A stretch of DNA of 64,000 nt from assembly GCA_038231275.1 (NCBI GenBank), contig JBBRLQ010000019.1, positions 64,001 through 128,000 of the forward strand. Direction: 5' to 3'. The notes beneath the pieces are model-generated. The model did not search any database. It was given only the letters and a program-made list of their open reading frames with translations, and was not told the DNA's origin. This DNA is from Polyangiales bacterium. GTDB lineage: Bacteria; Myxococcota_A; Polyangia; Polyangiales; Polyangiaceae. How positions within the stretch are numbered: position 1 is the stretch's first letter; each line of letters begins with the position of its first letter. The position numbers and the translations under genes were made by a program. Positions 17,954 through 27,670 of this stretch are shown one piece after another.

Positions 17954-20248
17954 ATGAGCGAGCCGCGCGACATCGCCGCCCAGATCAAGTCGGTCGCAGA
18001 GAGCGTCGAGCGACGTTTCCAGCGCGGCCGTCGGGTCCTCTCGTTCGCGGAGTACCTCGATCTCTTCGCCGCCGATCCGATCCGCTACGCGCGCGACTCG
18101 AGCCGCTACGTGCGCGACTGCTTCGATCACTTCGGCACCACGCAGGTGGAGCACCCGTGGGGCGAGTTCACGCGCTTCAACTTGTTCGACCTGCCGTGGG
18201 AGCCGAAGCCGCGGCAGCCCGGCGCCGTGCAAGCAGGGATCGGCGTGCTCCCGAAGGGCGCGCTCATCGGCCAGGAGCACGTGCAGGACGAGCTCTATCG
18301 CGCGCTCTCCAATTTCGCGCGCGAAGGGCGGCCGAACCGCCTCGTCCTCTTGCACGGCCCCAACGGCTCCGCGAAGAGCACCATCGTCGGCTGCATCATG
18401 CGCGCGCTCGAGCAGTACTCGACGACCGACGAGGGCGTGCTCTACCGCTTCAACTGGGTCTTCCCGACGACCAAGACCGTGCGCGGCTCCCTCGGCTTCG
18501 GCAACCGCGACGACGGCGCCGGGAAGAACGTCCCGAGCTACGCGCACCTCGCCGACGACGAAATCGACGCCAAGCTCCTCGTCGAGGTCCGTGATCATCC
18601 GCTCTTCCTGATCCCTGTCGAGGAGCGACGCGCGATGCTCGAGCGTCTCTTCAAAGAGAAGGACGGCAAGAGCGAGCCGCCGAGCGACTGGATCCTGCGC
18701 GGGCAGCTGTCCCACAAGAGCCAGCAGGTCTTCGAGGCGCTCCTCTCCAGCTACGACGGTTCGTACGCAGAGGTCTTGAAGCACGTCCAGGTCGAGCGCT
18801 ACTTCATCTCGCAGCGCTACCGCGTCGGCGCGGTGACGATCGGGCCGCAGATGAGCGTGGACGCGGCGGAGCGGCAAATCACGGCCGATCGTAGCCTCGC
18901 GTCGCTCCCGGCCTCGCTCCAGGCCATCACGCTCTACGAGGCGAAGGGGGAGCTGGTCGAGGCGGCCGGCGGCATCCTCGAGTTCAGCGATCTGCTGAAG
19001 CGCCCGCTCGACGCGTTCAAGTACTTGCAGCTCACGGTGGAGACCGGTGAGGTCAACCTCACGATGCAGAACGTGCAACTGAACTGCGTCATGATGGGCA
19101 GCGCGAACGAGCTGCACCTCGACGCGTTCAAGGACCACGCCGAGTTCGCGAGCTTCCGCGGTCGCCTCGATCTCATCCGCACGCCGTACCTGCGCAGCTA
19201 CGTGCAGGAGCAGGCCATCTACGACTCGCACGTCGCGCCGCAGGTGCGCCGTCACGTCGCGCCGCACGCCACCAAGATGGCCGCCATGTTCGCGGTGCTC
19301 ACGCGCATGCGGAAGCCCAACGCCGAGAAGCACACGCGCTCGCTCGGCGCGGCGGTGAGCGGCCTCACGGCGCTCGAGAAGATGGACCTCTACGCGCTGG
19401 GGCAAGCCCCCGAGCGCCTGGAGGCGGACGCGCAGAAGCTCCTGCACGCGAACGTCGATCAGGTCTACACCGAGAGCGACTCGTATCCGATTTACGAGGG
19501 GCGCGTCGGCGCGAGCCCGCGCGAGATGCGCGTCGTCCTCCTCGACGCGGCGCAGTCGACGGCGTTCAAGTGCCTGAACCCCCTCGCGGTGCTCGACGAG
19601 ATCGACGTCCTCTGCCAGCAGCGCGGCGACTTCGAGTGGCTCCAGCAGGATCCGATCGCGGGAGGCTTCCACGACGTGAAGCAGTTCCGTGAGGCGCTCG
19701 GCGGGCGGTTGGCGATCGCGTGGGAAACGGAGCTCTACGCGTCGACGGGCCTCATCGAGGACGATCGCTACGCCGAGCTCTTCGACCGGTACGTGCAGCA
19801 CGTGAGCGTGTGGGTGAAGAAGGAGCGCATCCGCAACAAGCTCACGGGCGACTACGAGGAGCCGGACGAGAAGATGATGCGCGAGGTCGAGCGCCTCCTC
19901 GACGCGAAGACGGAGACGTCCGAGTGGCGCAAGGCGCTGATCAGCAGCATCGCCGCGTGGTCGCTCGATCACTCCGGCGAGAGGATCGACGCCGCCGTCG
20001 TCTTCCCGCAGTACATGCGCCGCATGCGCGAGGCCATCTTCGCGGACAAGCGCGGCGACGTCGCCAAGATCGCCAAGGACATCGTCATCCTCGTGCGTGA
20101 GGAGGGGAGCGGCCTCGATCACGATCGCAAGAAGGAAGCCGAGGAGACGATCGAGCGCATGATCGCGGGCTTCGGCTACTGCGTGAACTGCGCCGCCGAC
20201 GCCGCGAGCGAGCTCCTGCGTAAGCGGTTCGCCGATCTCAACGTCTGA
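17954..20248 (+). CDS. prkA: PrkA-family serine kinase / AAA+ ATPase
   Basis: LSFAEYL, Walker A HGPNGSAKST, GILEFSDLLKRP, GASPRE, C-terminal GYC...A. Confidence 0.88.
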   Translation: MSEPRDIAAQIKSVAESVERRFQRGRRVLSFAEYLDLFAADPIRYARDSSRYVRDCFDHFGTTQVEHPWGEFTRFNLFDLPWEPKPRQPGAVQAGIGVLPKGALIGQEHVQDELYRALSNFAREGRPNRLVLLHGPNGSAKSTIVGCIMRALEQYSTTDEGVLYRFNWVFPTTKTVRGSLGFGNRDDGAGKNVPSYAHLADDEIDAKLLVEVRDHPLFLIPVEERRAMLERLFKEKDGKSEPPSDWILRGQLSHKSQQVFEALLSSYDGSYAEVLKHVQVERYFISQRYRVGAVTIGPQMSVDAAERQITADRSLASLPASLQAITLYEAKGELVEAAGGILEFSDLLKRPLDAFKYLQLTVETGEVNLTMQNVQLNCVMMGSANELHLDAFKDHAEFASFRGRLDLIRTPYLRSYVQEQAIYDSHVAPQVRRHVAPHATKMAAMFAVLTRMRKPNAEKHTRSLGAAVSGLTALEKMDLYALGQAPERLEADAQKLLHANVDQVYTESDSYPIYEGRVGASPREMRVVLLDAAQSTAFKCLNPLAVLDEIDVLCQQRGDFEWLQQDPIAGGFHDVKQFREALGGRLAIAWETELYASTGLIEDDRYAELFDRYVQHVSVWVKKERIRNKLTGDYEEPDEKMMREVERLLDAKTETSEWRKALISSIAAWSLDHSGERIDAAVVFPQYMRRMREAIFADKRGDVAKIAKDIVILVREEGSGLDHDRKKEAEETIERMIAGFGYCVNCAADAASELLRKRFADLNV

Positions 20249-20252
20249 TCGA

Positions 20253-21632
20253 TTGAACCAGACCGGCGCGCGAACGCTCGCGGGGGAGGTGCGGGCGCTG
20301 GCGCTGCCTGCCATCGGGCACTCGTTCCTGCAGACGCTGGTCGTGGTCGTCGATCGCGCGATGCTCGGGCATCACGCGGCCACGTCGCTGGCGGCGATGC
20401 AGATCGCGGCGGCGCTGGAGTGGTCCATCTGGAGCGTCTTCGGCGCGTTCGAGATCGGGACGCTGGCGCGGGTGGGCTTCCACGTCGGCGCGCGTCGCCC
20501 CGAGCGCGCGCGGCATGCGGTTCGCATTTCACTCGCCGTCTCCGTCGTAAGCGGCCTCGTCGTCGCGCTCGGCTCGCCGGTCGTGATCTCCCTCCTGGCA
20601 CCGGCGGCCCCGGGTGCATCGGCGGTGGCTGTGGACGCGGCCGCCGATTATTTGCGGTGGACACTCGGCGCGACGCCGATCGTCTTCGTCGGAATGACGC
20701 TGATCGCGACGCTCCAGGCCGGCGGCGACACGCGCACTCCCCTCGCGATCGGCGTCGTCGCCAACGTCGCGCACGTGGCGATGAACCGCGTCCTCATCCT
20801 CGGGGCGTGGGGAATTCCTGCGATGGGGACGCGCGGCGCGGGGATCAGCACAGCGATGACCTTCACGCTCGAAGCCATCCTGGCGACGATCGCCCTCGCG
20901 TCGCCCTCGCGTCCAGGTTCGTTCCGCGCGCCCGCCGGTGCGCACCCCGGCTTGCCCGCGGCGTGGCGCGCCGAAGCGCGACGTCTCTTCTCGACCAGCG
21001 CGCCGGCGGTGCTCGAGAAGATCCTCTACCATGTGGGGTACGTGAGCTTCGTCGCCGTGGTGTGGCGGCTCGGCGATCTCGCGATGGCCGCGAACCAGGC
21101 GGTGCAGAGCGTCGAGGCGATTTGTTACCTCTCGGCCGACGGGTTCGCGATCGCCGCTGCATCGCTCGTCGCGCAAAAGCTCGGCGCGGGCCGTCCGCGC
21201 GAGGCTACGCTCGTCGCGCGCGTCGCTGCAAAGTATGCGATCGTGCTGCTCACGTCGGCCGGCGTCGCCGCGCTGGCATTCCGTTCGTGGATCTTGCCCC
21301 TCTTCTCCGGCGATCCCCGGGTCGCGGCCGCCGGCTCGGTGATCATTCCTTGGCTGCTCGTCGCGCAGCCCTTCATGGCGGCGTCGATCGTCCTCTCGCA
21401 GGCGCTGCGCGGCGCGGGGCAGACGCGCGCGGTCCTCGGGGTGAGCGCGATCGGCGCGCTCGTGGTCCGCGTCGCCGCGACGTGGCTCTTCGCGATCACG
21501 ATGGGCTTCGGCCTCGCGGGCGTGTGGATGGGCTCGACGCTCGATTGGGCGGTGCGCACGATCCTCCTCGTCGGGATCGGGCGCGCACGAGAAAAGGAGC
21601 TCAGCGCTCGAGCTTCGCGCGCGCCGTCTTGA
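20253..21632 (+). CDS. MATE family efflux transporter
   Basis: VDRAMLG, GDTRTP, MGTRGAGIST, LRGAGQTR; about 12 TM segments; TTG start. Confidence 0.9.
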   Translation: MNQTGARTLAGEVRALALPAIGHSFLQTLVVVVDRAMLGHHAATSLAAMQIAAALEWSIWSVFGAFEIGTLARVGFHVGARRPERARHAVRISLAVSVVSGLVVALGSPVVISLLAPAAPGASAVAVDAAADYLRWTLGATPIVFVGMTLIATLQAGGDTRTPLAIGVVANVAHVAMNRVLILGAWGIPAMGTRGAGISTAMTFTLEAILATIALASPSRPGSFRAPAGAHPGLPAAWRAEARRLFSTSAPAVLEKILYHVGYVSFVAVVWRLGDLAMAANQAVQSVEAICYLSADGFAIAAASLVAQKLGAGRPREATLVARVAAKYAIVLLTSAGVAALAFRSWILPLFSGDPRVAAAGSVIIPWLLVAQPFMAASIVLSQALRGAGQTRAVLGVSAIGALVVRVAATWLFAITMGFGLAGVWMGSTLDWAVRTILLVGIGRAREKELSARASRAPS

Positions 21633-22062
21633 CGCCAAAGAGCTCGTTGCCGTCGGGGCTCAGGATGGGTCCGAGGACGACGCTCGCGAGGACGGCGGCG
21701 AACAGGAGCGCGGCGCGATCGTCGGTCCGCGCGACCTCGACCAGCCAGACGGTGCCGCAGCGCGCGGCGAGAAGGGACATGCCTGTGTATCCTGCACGTG
21801 ATTCTGCGTCGGTGGCGGCGGCGAGATCGTCGTCCGACCGTGCGCGACCGAAGCACAGCCGAGCGTCGCCGTTTGCAGAGAGGCGCGCGGCGGCCGCGTG
21901 GGCGCCGAGATCGGCGGCGTCGCGCCCTTCGACGCCGCCCACCGCGAGCGTGGTCCCGAAGAAGCGCGCCGCTTGCTGGACGAGCACGTCGACCGCGAGG
22001 GCCGGTCGCGCTTGCTGCGCGAACACGGTAAAGGCGCCGCTTCGAGTGGGTTCCGCGATCAC
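21601..22062 (-). CDS. Hypothetical protein
   Basis: Coding-like C-terminal part of ORF 21601-22293; GTG 22062 chosen because it avoids overlap with tatD. Confidence 0.6.
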   Translation of the reverse strand: MIAEPTRSGAFTVFAQQARPALAVDVLVQQAARFFGTTLAVGGVEGRDAADLGAHAAAARLSANGDARLCFGRARSDDDLAAATDAESRAGYTGMSLLAARCGTVWLVEVARTDDRAALLFAAVLASVVLGPILSPDGNELFGVKTARAKLER

Positions 22063-22086
22063 GCGCGGAGGTATACCGTCTTCCCC

Positions 22087-22875
22087 GTGCCGCTCATAGA
22101 CACGCACTGCCATCTCGACCCTCAGTACTTTCCCGCGGGACCGGACGCGGTGCTGGAGCGCGCGCGCGCCGTCGGGGTCGGGGGTTTCGTCGTGGTCGGC
22201 GTCGGCGGTGATCTCGCGCCCGCGCGCGCCGCGGTGGCCCTGGCGTCGCGATTGCCCGAACGGGTCGGCGCGGCGGTCGGCGTGCACCCTCACGACGCGA
22301 CCTCACTCGATGACGCGAGCTACGCCGAGCTCTCGGCGCTGTCGCGCGATCCGCACGTGGTCGCGGTGGGCGAGATCGGCCTCGACTACCACTACGATCA
22401 CTCCCCGCGCGACGTGCAGCGCGCCACGTTCGAGCGCCTCATCGCGCTCGCCCGCGAGGTTCGAAAGCCCATCGTGGTGCACACGCGCGCGGCGCCGGCC
22501 GACACGCTCGACGTCCTGACCGCGTGCGGGGCCCGGGACGTCGGCGGCGTCATCCACTGCTTCAGCGAGGACACCGCGTTCGCGAAGCGCGCGCTCGATC
22601 TTGGGTTCTATCTTTCGTTCTCCGGCATCGTGACCTTCAAGACCGCCACGAGTGTGCACGAGGTCGCCGCGCACGCGCCGCTCGACCGCATCCTCGTCGA
22701 GACCGACAGCCCTTACCTCGCGCCGGTCCCGCTCCGCGGCAAGCCGTGCGAGCCGTCCTACGTCGTCCACACCGCGAAGCGCGTCGCCGAGCTCCGCGGG
22801 ATCGCCATCGATGAGCTCGCCGCCGCCACGACCGCGAACGCCGAGCGCGCATTTCGCCGGAGTTTCGGCGTCTAG
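22087..22875 (+). CDS. tatD: TatD family DNase
   Basis: IDTHCH, GVHPH, VGEIGLDY, HTR, HCFS, ETDSPYL. Confidence 0.95.
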   Translation: MPLIDTHCHLDPQYFPAGPDAVLERARAVGVGGFVVVGVGGDLAPARAAVALASRLPERVGAAVGVHPHDATSLDDASYAELSALSRDPHVVAVGEIGLDYHYDHSPRDVQRATFERLIALAREVRKPIVVHTRAAPADTLDVLTACGARDVGGVIHCFSEDTAFAKRALDLGFYLSFSGIVTFKTATSVHEVAAHAPLDRILVETDSPYLAPVPLRGKPCEPSYVVHTAKRVAELRGIAIDELAAATTANAERAFRRSFGV

Positions 22876-22928
22876 ACCAGGGTACTGGTGCCTAAACAAA
22901 TGGCGACGGTGGACGTCTAACGTCATAC

Positions 22929-24260
22929 TTGAAACCGGTGCCGACCTCGATGCCGCCTCCTCGCGCCCGCGCGCGCATGCCCGCCTGGACGTGGGCGGCG
23001 TCGATGGCCGTTCACGCGGGTCTCGTCGGCGGCATCGGTCTGCTCACCTACTACCACCTGCACGCCTCCGAGCAGGCCCACGTCATCCCCAACGAGCGCG
23101 GCGCGGTCACGACGGCGACGATGGACCTGCCCGGCTTCGCCGACGGAACCCTGCTCGTCGATCGCGAGCCCGATCCGGTCGGCGAGCCGCCCACACCGGC
23201 CGGCGGCGACACGACCCCGCGCGTCGACACGAAGAGCGCAGGGCACGGCGGCGATCCTTCCGCGCGCGTGGCCGCAACGCACCTCGCCGACAAGGACGAG
23301 GGCATGCACCTCTCGCCGGATCTCCTGAGCCGCCTCGATCGCGATCAGAACGCGCGCCTTCGCTCGAGCCAGGAGCGTCGCGCCTGGGAAGATCGACGCG
23401 CGACGACGAACCCGATGGAGCTCACGTTCCTCGCGTCCGGAGACCTGGAGCGAATGGAGCGGAGGACGCCGAGCCCGTTCGACCCGAGTCGCGGCGCGCT
23501 GGCGTCTCCTGCCCCCGCGGTGCAGGGAGGCGACGTCGGCGAGGCCGATCGCGGCGAGGGGGAGACCGAGGAGCGCCGTCGCATCGGCGCCGGACGGCTC
23601 GGCTCCATCGGCAGCGCGCCCGGCGTCGGCGTGAAGGACGGCCGCGCGGGGGACGATCACGCGAATGGCGCGCGCGTCGCGCACGCGCGGCCCGACGTGA
23701 CGACCGGTCCGGTGACTGTGCCCGCGTCGCTGCAGGGGCGCCCGAACGACGACGTCGACAGTGAGCAGGAGGTCGCGACCACGCTCCGCTCGATCGTCCA
23801 CGCGAGCGCGGCGGGCGGCCCGATCGGCGACGGGCGCGGCGGCGTCGGCGGCGGCGGCGATCCCGGCGCGGGCGGCGGACAGGGCGCCGGCTCGCACCCG
23901 AGACCGCTCGGCACCGGCGACGGCGCGTGGTTCGATCTCGACTCGCGCGACCCGCGCCTCCTCCTCTATTTCCGCGACCTCCACAAGAAGATCGATCCGC
24001 TCTGGGCCCACGCGTTCCCGAAGAGCGCGATGCTGGATCTCAAGCAGGGCACGGTGATCCTCGAGTTCACGATCTCCGCGGACGGCGATGTGCACGTCTC
24101 GTGGCCACCCGTACGCCCGAGCGGCATCGACGAGTTCGATCGCAACTGCGCCGATGCACTCCGTCGCGCGAGCCCCGTGCCGCCGATCCCCAAAGAGCTC
24201 GGGCGCACGAGCTTGCGCGTCCGCGCGCCGTTCGTCGCGTCGAACCCGATCGTCAAGTGA
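22929..24260 (+). CDS. TonB-family protein (N-terminal TM, C-terminal TonB/TolA domain)
   Basis: SMAVH SHLS-type anchor; C-terminal GTVILEFTISADG..PSG..FD..C..ALRRASPVPPIP; start uncertain (22929-22977). Confidence 0.8.
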   Translation: MKPVPTSMPPPRARARMPAWTWAASMAVHAGLVGGIGLLTYYHLHASEQAHVIPNERGAVTTATMDLPGFADGTLLVDREPDPVGEPPTPAGGDTTPRVDTKSAGHGGDPSARVAATHLADKDEGMHLSPDLLSRLDRDQNARLRSSQERRAWEDRRATTNPMELTFLASGDLERMERRTPSPFDPSRGALASPAPAVQGGDVGEADRGEGETEERRRIGAGRLGSIGSAPGVGVKDGRAGDDHANGARVAHARPDVTTGPVTVPASLQGRPNDDVDSEQEVATTLRSIVHASAAGGPIGDGRGGVGGGGDPGAGGGQGAGSHPRPLGTGDGAWFDLDSRDPRLLLYFRDLHKKIDPLWAHAFPKSAMLDLKQGTVILEFTISADGDVHVSWPPVRPSGIDEFDRNCADALRRASPVPPIPKELGRTSLRVRAPFVASNPIVK

Positions 24261-24285
24261 CGGCGACGTGACGGTGGACTGATGG

Positions 24286-25176
24286 TCAGCGCGTGAGGGC
24301 GACGGTGCCCTTCGCACCCGTGACCACGAGGGCCTCGCCGTCGAATCGCACCGTGACACGATCGACTCCCCGATCGCTGCGCAGCGAGGCCGCGAAGCCG
24401 GTCGCGCCCGCCTCGTCGATCGTGATCGCCCGCTCGGCGCGCAGGCCCGGTACGTCTACGATGACGCGCGAGCCCGTCACGCTCACGGTCACCTCGGCGG
24501 CCGAGGTCGACGACGCGACGCGCCACCGACCTTGAACGCGCGCGAGCGTCGACGCGGCGGGACCGGGCGCAGGCTCGGCGACGATCTCGGCCGGCGCACC
24601 CTCCAAGAACCGCGCGAGCGCCGCGCTGCCTCCGAGCGCCGCGAGGATCGTGAGGGGCGCGAGCCACCTTGCCGCGAGCGCGCGCCGCAGCCGTGACACG
24701 CGCTGACGAACGACGGGGGAGGGGAGCGAGACGTCGTTGGCGATGTCCGCGAGCAGCTCTCCCGCGTGCTCTCGGACGATCCACCCCAGCGTCTCGCGCG
24801 AACGTGCTTCCTCGTACGCCTCGGCGACGACGCGCACGAGCACCGCGCGCGCCTCGATCGGATCGCAGCGCGTGACGCCCTCCTCGCCGGGCGCCGTCGC
24901 CTCATCGCGCCGCGCACGCCGATGGAAGTCGGCCACTTTGTGGCGCGCGATGCCATACAGCCAGCGCGAGATCTCCGTCGGCTCCACTGGCGTCGTCGTC
25001 GACGCGAGCGCGTCGCAGAGAATGGACTGGACGACGTCCTCCGCGTCGCCCGCCGGGACCCTGCGACGCACCATCGCGGCGAGGCCAATGCGCAGGCGCG
25101 GCTCCGCGAGCTGCCGTCGAAGCGCGAACGAGGCGAAGGGAAGGGGCGACGGTGCGGCGCTCATCGACCAGTCCAT
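24286..25176 (-). CDS. ECF sigma factor fused to a TM helix and C-terminal beta-rich domain
   Basis: Region 2 DAEDVVQ...WLYGIARHKVADFHRR; region 4 LADIA...VVRQRVSRLRRAL; then WLAPLTILAALGGSAALARFL; start 25176 or 25164. Confidence 0.78.
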   Translation of the reverse strand: MDWSMSAAPSPLPFASFALRRQLAEPRLRIGLAAMVRRRVPAGDAEDVVQSILCDALASTTTPVEPTEISRWLYGIARHKVADFHRRARRDEATAPGEEGVTRCDPIEARAVLVRVVAEAYEEARSRETLGWIVREHAGELLADIANDVSLPSPVVRQRVSRLRRALAARWLAPLTILAALGGSAALARFLEGAPAEIVAEPAPGPAASTLARVQGRWRVASSTSAAEVTVSVTGSRVIVDVPGLRAERAITIDEAGATGFAASLRSDRGVDRVTVRFDGEALVVTGAKGTVALTR

Positions 25177-25219
25177 CGTGCGCCGGCGCGGCGTGTGACA
25201 CCAGCCGGCATACGATTTT

Positions 25220-25966
25220 TCACGATCCTCCGCGCGCGTGGTCGTCGAGCCACGCGAAAACCTCCCCCATGTCGTCATCAGGCTCGGTGCCCAGCTCACC
25301 GTGACGCGCACCCGTCAGCGAAAAAAACGCCGCGGGAACCCCTCCCTCGCGGAGGCGTCGCACACCCTCCTTCATGCTCGTCTGGGACTCCCGCGTCCCC
25401 GCCATCAGCGCGGCCGCGTGAACACGCCCGAGCCGGCTCGGTAACGGCGTGACGGGGCTCGCGATGAGCACCACCCGCGTGAACGTCTCGGGATACGCCG
25501 CCGCAAGCCGCTCCGCGCGCTCCGCCCCTTGCGAATAGCCGATGAGCGTGACGCCCCGCGCCTCGATGCCCGCCGCCGCGAACAACGCCTCCACCCACCG
25601 CGCAATCCCGCGCACGTCCCCCGACCATCGCCGAAGCTCTCCGCCGCCGCCGCACGACACGTCCCCCTGAAGCGCAAGCACCTCCCCCCGCACCCCGGCG
25701 GCGTGCTGAAAGGACTGCACATACCCGAGAGGGTGGCTGCACAATCCGGAGAGAAAGAGAAACCTCTGCGCCGTCCCGTGCTCACCACGAAGCACGAACG
25801 CAGGCAGATCTCCGGGAACCGCGATCGGCTCGAAGTGAGGATACGGAATCGGAGTCGGAGTCGGCGTCGGCATCGGAGTCGGCGTCGGCATCGGCATCGG
25901 AGTCGGAGTCGCGTCGCGGCACGCGATGAAGGCGAGGGCGACGAGGACCATTCGCAGCGGGTGCAT
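25220..25966 (-). CDS. Alpha/beta-hydrolase lipoprotein with Pro-Thr/Met linker
   Basis: Lipobox FIA-C; nucleophile elbow GYSQG; C-terminal GARHG. Confidence 0.8.
   Translation of the reverse strand: MHPLRMVLVALAFIACRDATPTPMPMPTPTPMPTPTPTPIPYPHFEPIAVPGDLPAFVLRGEHGTAQRFLFLSGLCSHPLGYVQSFQHAAGVRGEVLALQGDVSCGGGGELRRWSGDVRGIARWVEALFAAAGIEARGVTLIGYSQGAERAERLAAAYPETFTRVVLIASPVTPLPSRLGRVHAAALMAGTRESQTSMKEGVRRLREGGVPAAFFSLTGARHGELGTEPDDDMGEVFAWLDDHARGGS
25845..25910. repeat. Degenerate 6-bp tandem repeat (TCGGAG/TCGGCG/TCGGCA) encoding PT/PM linker
   Basis: Visible tandem hexamers; translation TPTPMPMPTPTPMPTPTPTP. Confidence 0.85.
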
Positions 25967-26042
25967 CCTCCTTCATCGCGCGCCCCCCCCGTCGTGTGAC
26001 ATCCACCGCTGCTCGCTCGAAGGCCCTCCCACGATCCCCAAA

Positions 26043-26184
26043 GCGGCTTGGCGGGCTCGCCGCTCCTTTGCCCCGTAAGGACACCACGCGCCGGCGCATC
26101 CGCTGCACTAGCCACTCACCAGCGTCGCCGGCGCGAGGGCTCACCCCCGCCAGGGGCAAAGGAGCGGCGAGCCCGCCAAGCCGC
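26043..26184. repeat. 142-bp intergenic inverted-repeat element (MITE/REPIN-like)
   Basis: Perfect 32-bp arms GCGGCTTGGCGGGCTCGCCGCTCCTTTGCCCC at 26043-26074 and 26153-26184; inner 10-bp IR CGCGCCGGCG/CGCCGGCGCG. Confidence 0.85.
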
Positions 26185-26215
26185 GTGCGCCCCCCCCGGA
26201 GGACCAACCTACGAA

Positions 26216-27580
26216 CTACAGCGAAACGCCCAGGTGTGCGCGCAACGCAGCGCAGGCGTCACCGATCCAGAACTCCTCGAGGTCCCGCACGCGATCCTCG
26301 CCGCCCGCCTCCGCGCCCGTCACCGCCACGCACGCCACGAGATCCCCGGATAGGACGAGCCCCGCCCGGCACGCGGTCAGCTCCGCGCCGCGCGCCCAGC
26401 CACGCAGGCTCGTTCGGCCGCCGCGCTCGACGAACGCAGACACGTGGTAGCGAAGACTCGCGATGTGCTCGACCTCGAGCACCGGGAGGATCGCCGCCTT
26501 CACGAGATCGATGCGCTTGCGGACGTCGGGAGGCATCGGCAGCTCCGGAGCCCCGATGCGCAGCGCCGCGAGGAACAAATCCTCGAGGTGCCCGAGGTGC
26601 GGCACCAGCGTGCACACGAAGTGCTCGCTCCGGAACCACGACAGCGCGCGCCCCGCGTGGAACGCCAGCTGAATTGCGCTCTGACCGCGCAACATGCGCC
26701 CGCCGACACGAAGCGCGGGCGGCAGCGCAGGCACGATCACCATCCCGTCGTCGCGCTCCGGCGTGAGGTAAATCGGCGGCGCGTTCATACCGAGCGTCGC
26801 CGCCGCCCACGCGATCGCGCGCGTCGCGCTCACCGTAGACGTCGCCGGATCCTGTTTCTTCGTCGGGTCGAGGCGCTCGAGGAGCTTGTCGCGGCGGAGC
26901 GCGGTCAGCCGGCCAAGGAGGACCGCCGACGCGATGACGCCGAACACCTCGCCGACGATGACGTCCTGATCGGGATGACGAAGCAGCTCCGACCAGGCTC
27001 GGGCGTCCATCGGCTGCGCGGGGCGCAGTGGCGCGCGCGGACGATGCACGTCGTAAAGCGCGCGCTCGTCGGGTCGAGCGGCGCCGCGTCGGACCAGCAC
27101 GCCCGCGAGGCGGAATTTCTCGTCCAGCTCCGCGGCGGCGAAGCGCGCGTGAAGATCGAGGTTCGGATCGGCCGCGACGGGCGCCGCGGGCATGCGCGGC
27201 GGCGGGATCGACGCCTCGTCGCCCCCGAGCTCGGGGATGCTCGCTTGACGCGGTCGCCTCCGCGAGGACTCGACGAGCGCCTCCGGAGGACCGGTGTCGT
27301 CGGCGCTCGAGATCGCCGCGCGCGCCTCGTAGGCCGCGAGGAGCGCGCTCTCGAGGCGGTCGAGCCGTTTCTTGTCGAGCCCCAGCGCCGACGCCGCGAA
27401 GTCGAGGCGCTCCCGCTCCTCCACGCTGATAGGCCCGGAGCTGAGCGCGTCCGAGAATAGCTTCTCGTACTGCGCCTCGAAGTCGCCGGGCACGAAGCTC
27501 CCCGTGTCCTCGACCTTGTGGAAGGACGGGGCGACGCGGAACGGCTGCTCCGGCGGCGGCGGCAGGCTGCTCGAGCTCAC
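26216..27580 (-). CDS. Hypothetical protein resembling the C-terminal domain of large myxobacterial TPR proteins (AgmK-like)
   Basis: LAFHAGRAL..FRSEH, W..GAELTACRAGLVLSGDL, LRAHLGV; GTG 27580 start. Confidence 0.65.
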   Translation of the reverse strand: MSSSSLPPPPEQPFRVAPSFHKVEDTGSFVPGDFEAQYEKLFSDALSSGPISVEERERLDFAASALGLDKKRLDRLESALLAAYEARAAISSADDTGPPEALVESSRRRPRQASIPELGGDEASIPPPRMPAAPVAADPNLDLHARFAAAELDEKFRLAGVLVRRGAARPDERALYDVHRPRAPLRPAQPMDARAWSELLRHPDQDVIVGEVFGVIASAVLLGRLTALRRDKLLERLDPTKKQDPATSTVSATRAIAWAAATLGMNAPPIYLTPERDDGMVIVPALPPALRVGGRMLRGQSAIQLAFHAGRALSWFRSEHFVCTLVPHLGHLEDLFLAALRIGAPELPMPPDVRKRIDLVKAAILPVLEVEHIASLRYHVSAFVERGGRTSLRGWARGAELTACRAGLVLSGDLVACVAVTGAEAGGEDRVRDLEEFWIGDACAALRAHLGVSL

Positions 27581-27670
27581 GTGGCGCGATCCTACCCTCG
27601 GATGCGCCTGGGCGCCCTTTGCGCTCGAAAATGACTGGTCGGAGCGGAAAGTTCCACTATTATCAGTCGT

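Noticed and set aside
25845..25910. Tandem repeats as a CRISPR array or contingency locus
   Set aside because: In-frame degenerate hexamers encoding a linker; no spacers and no cas genes
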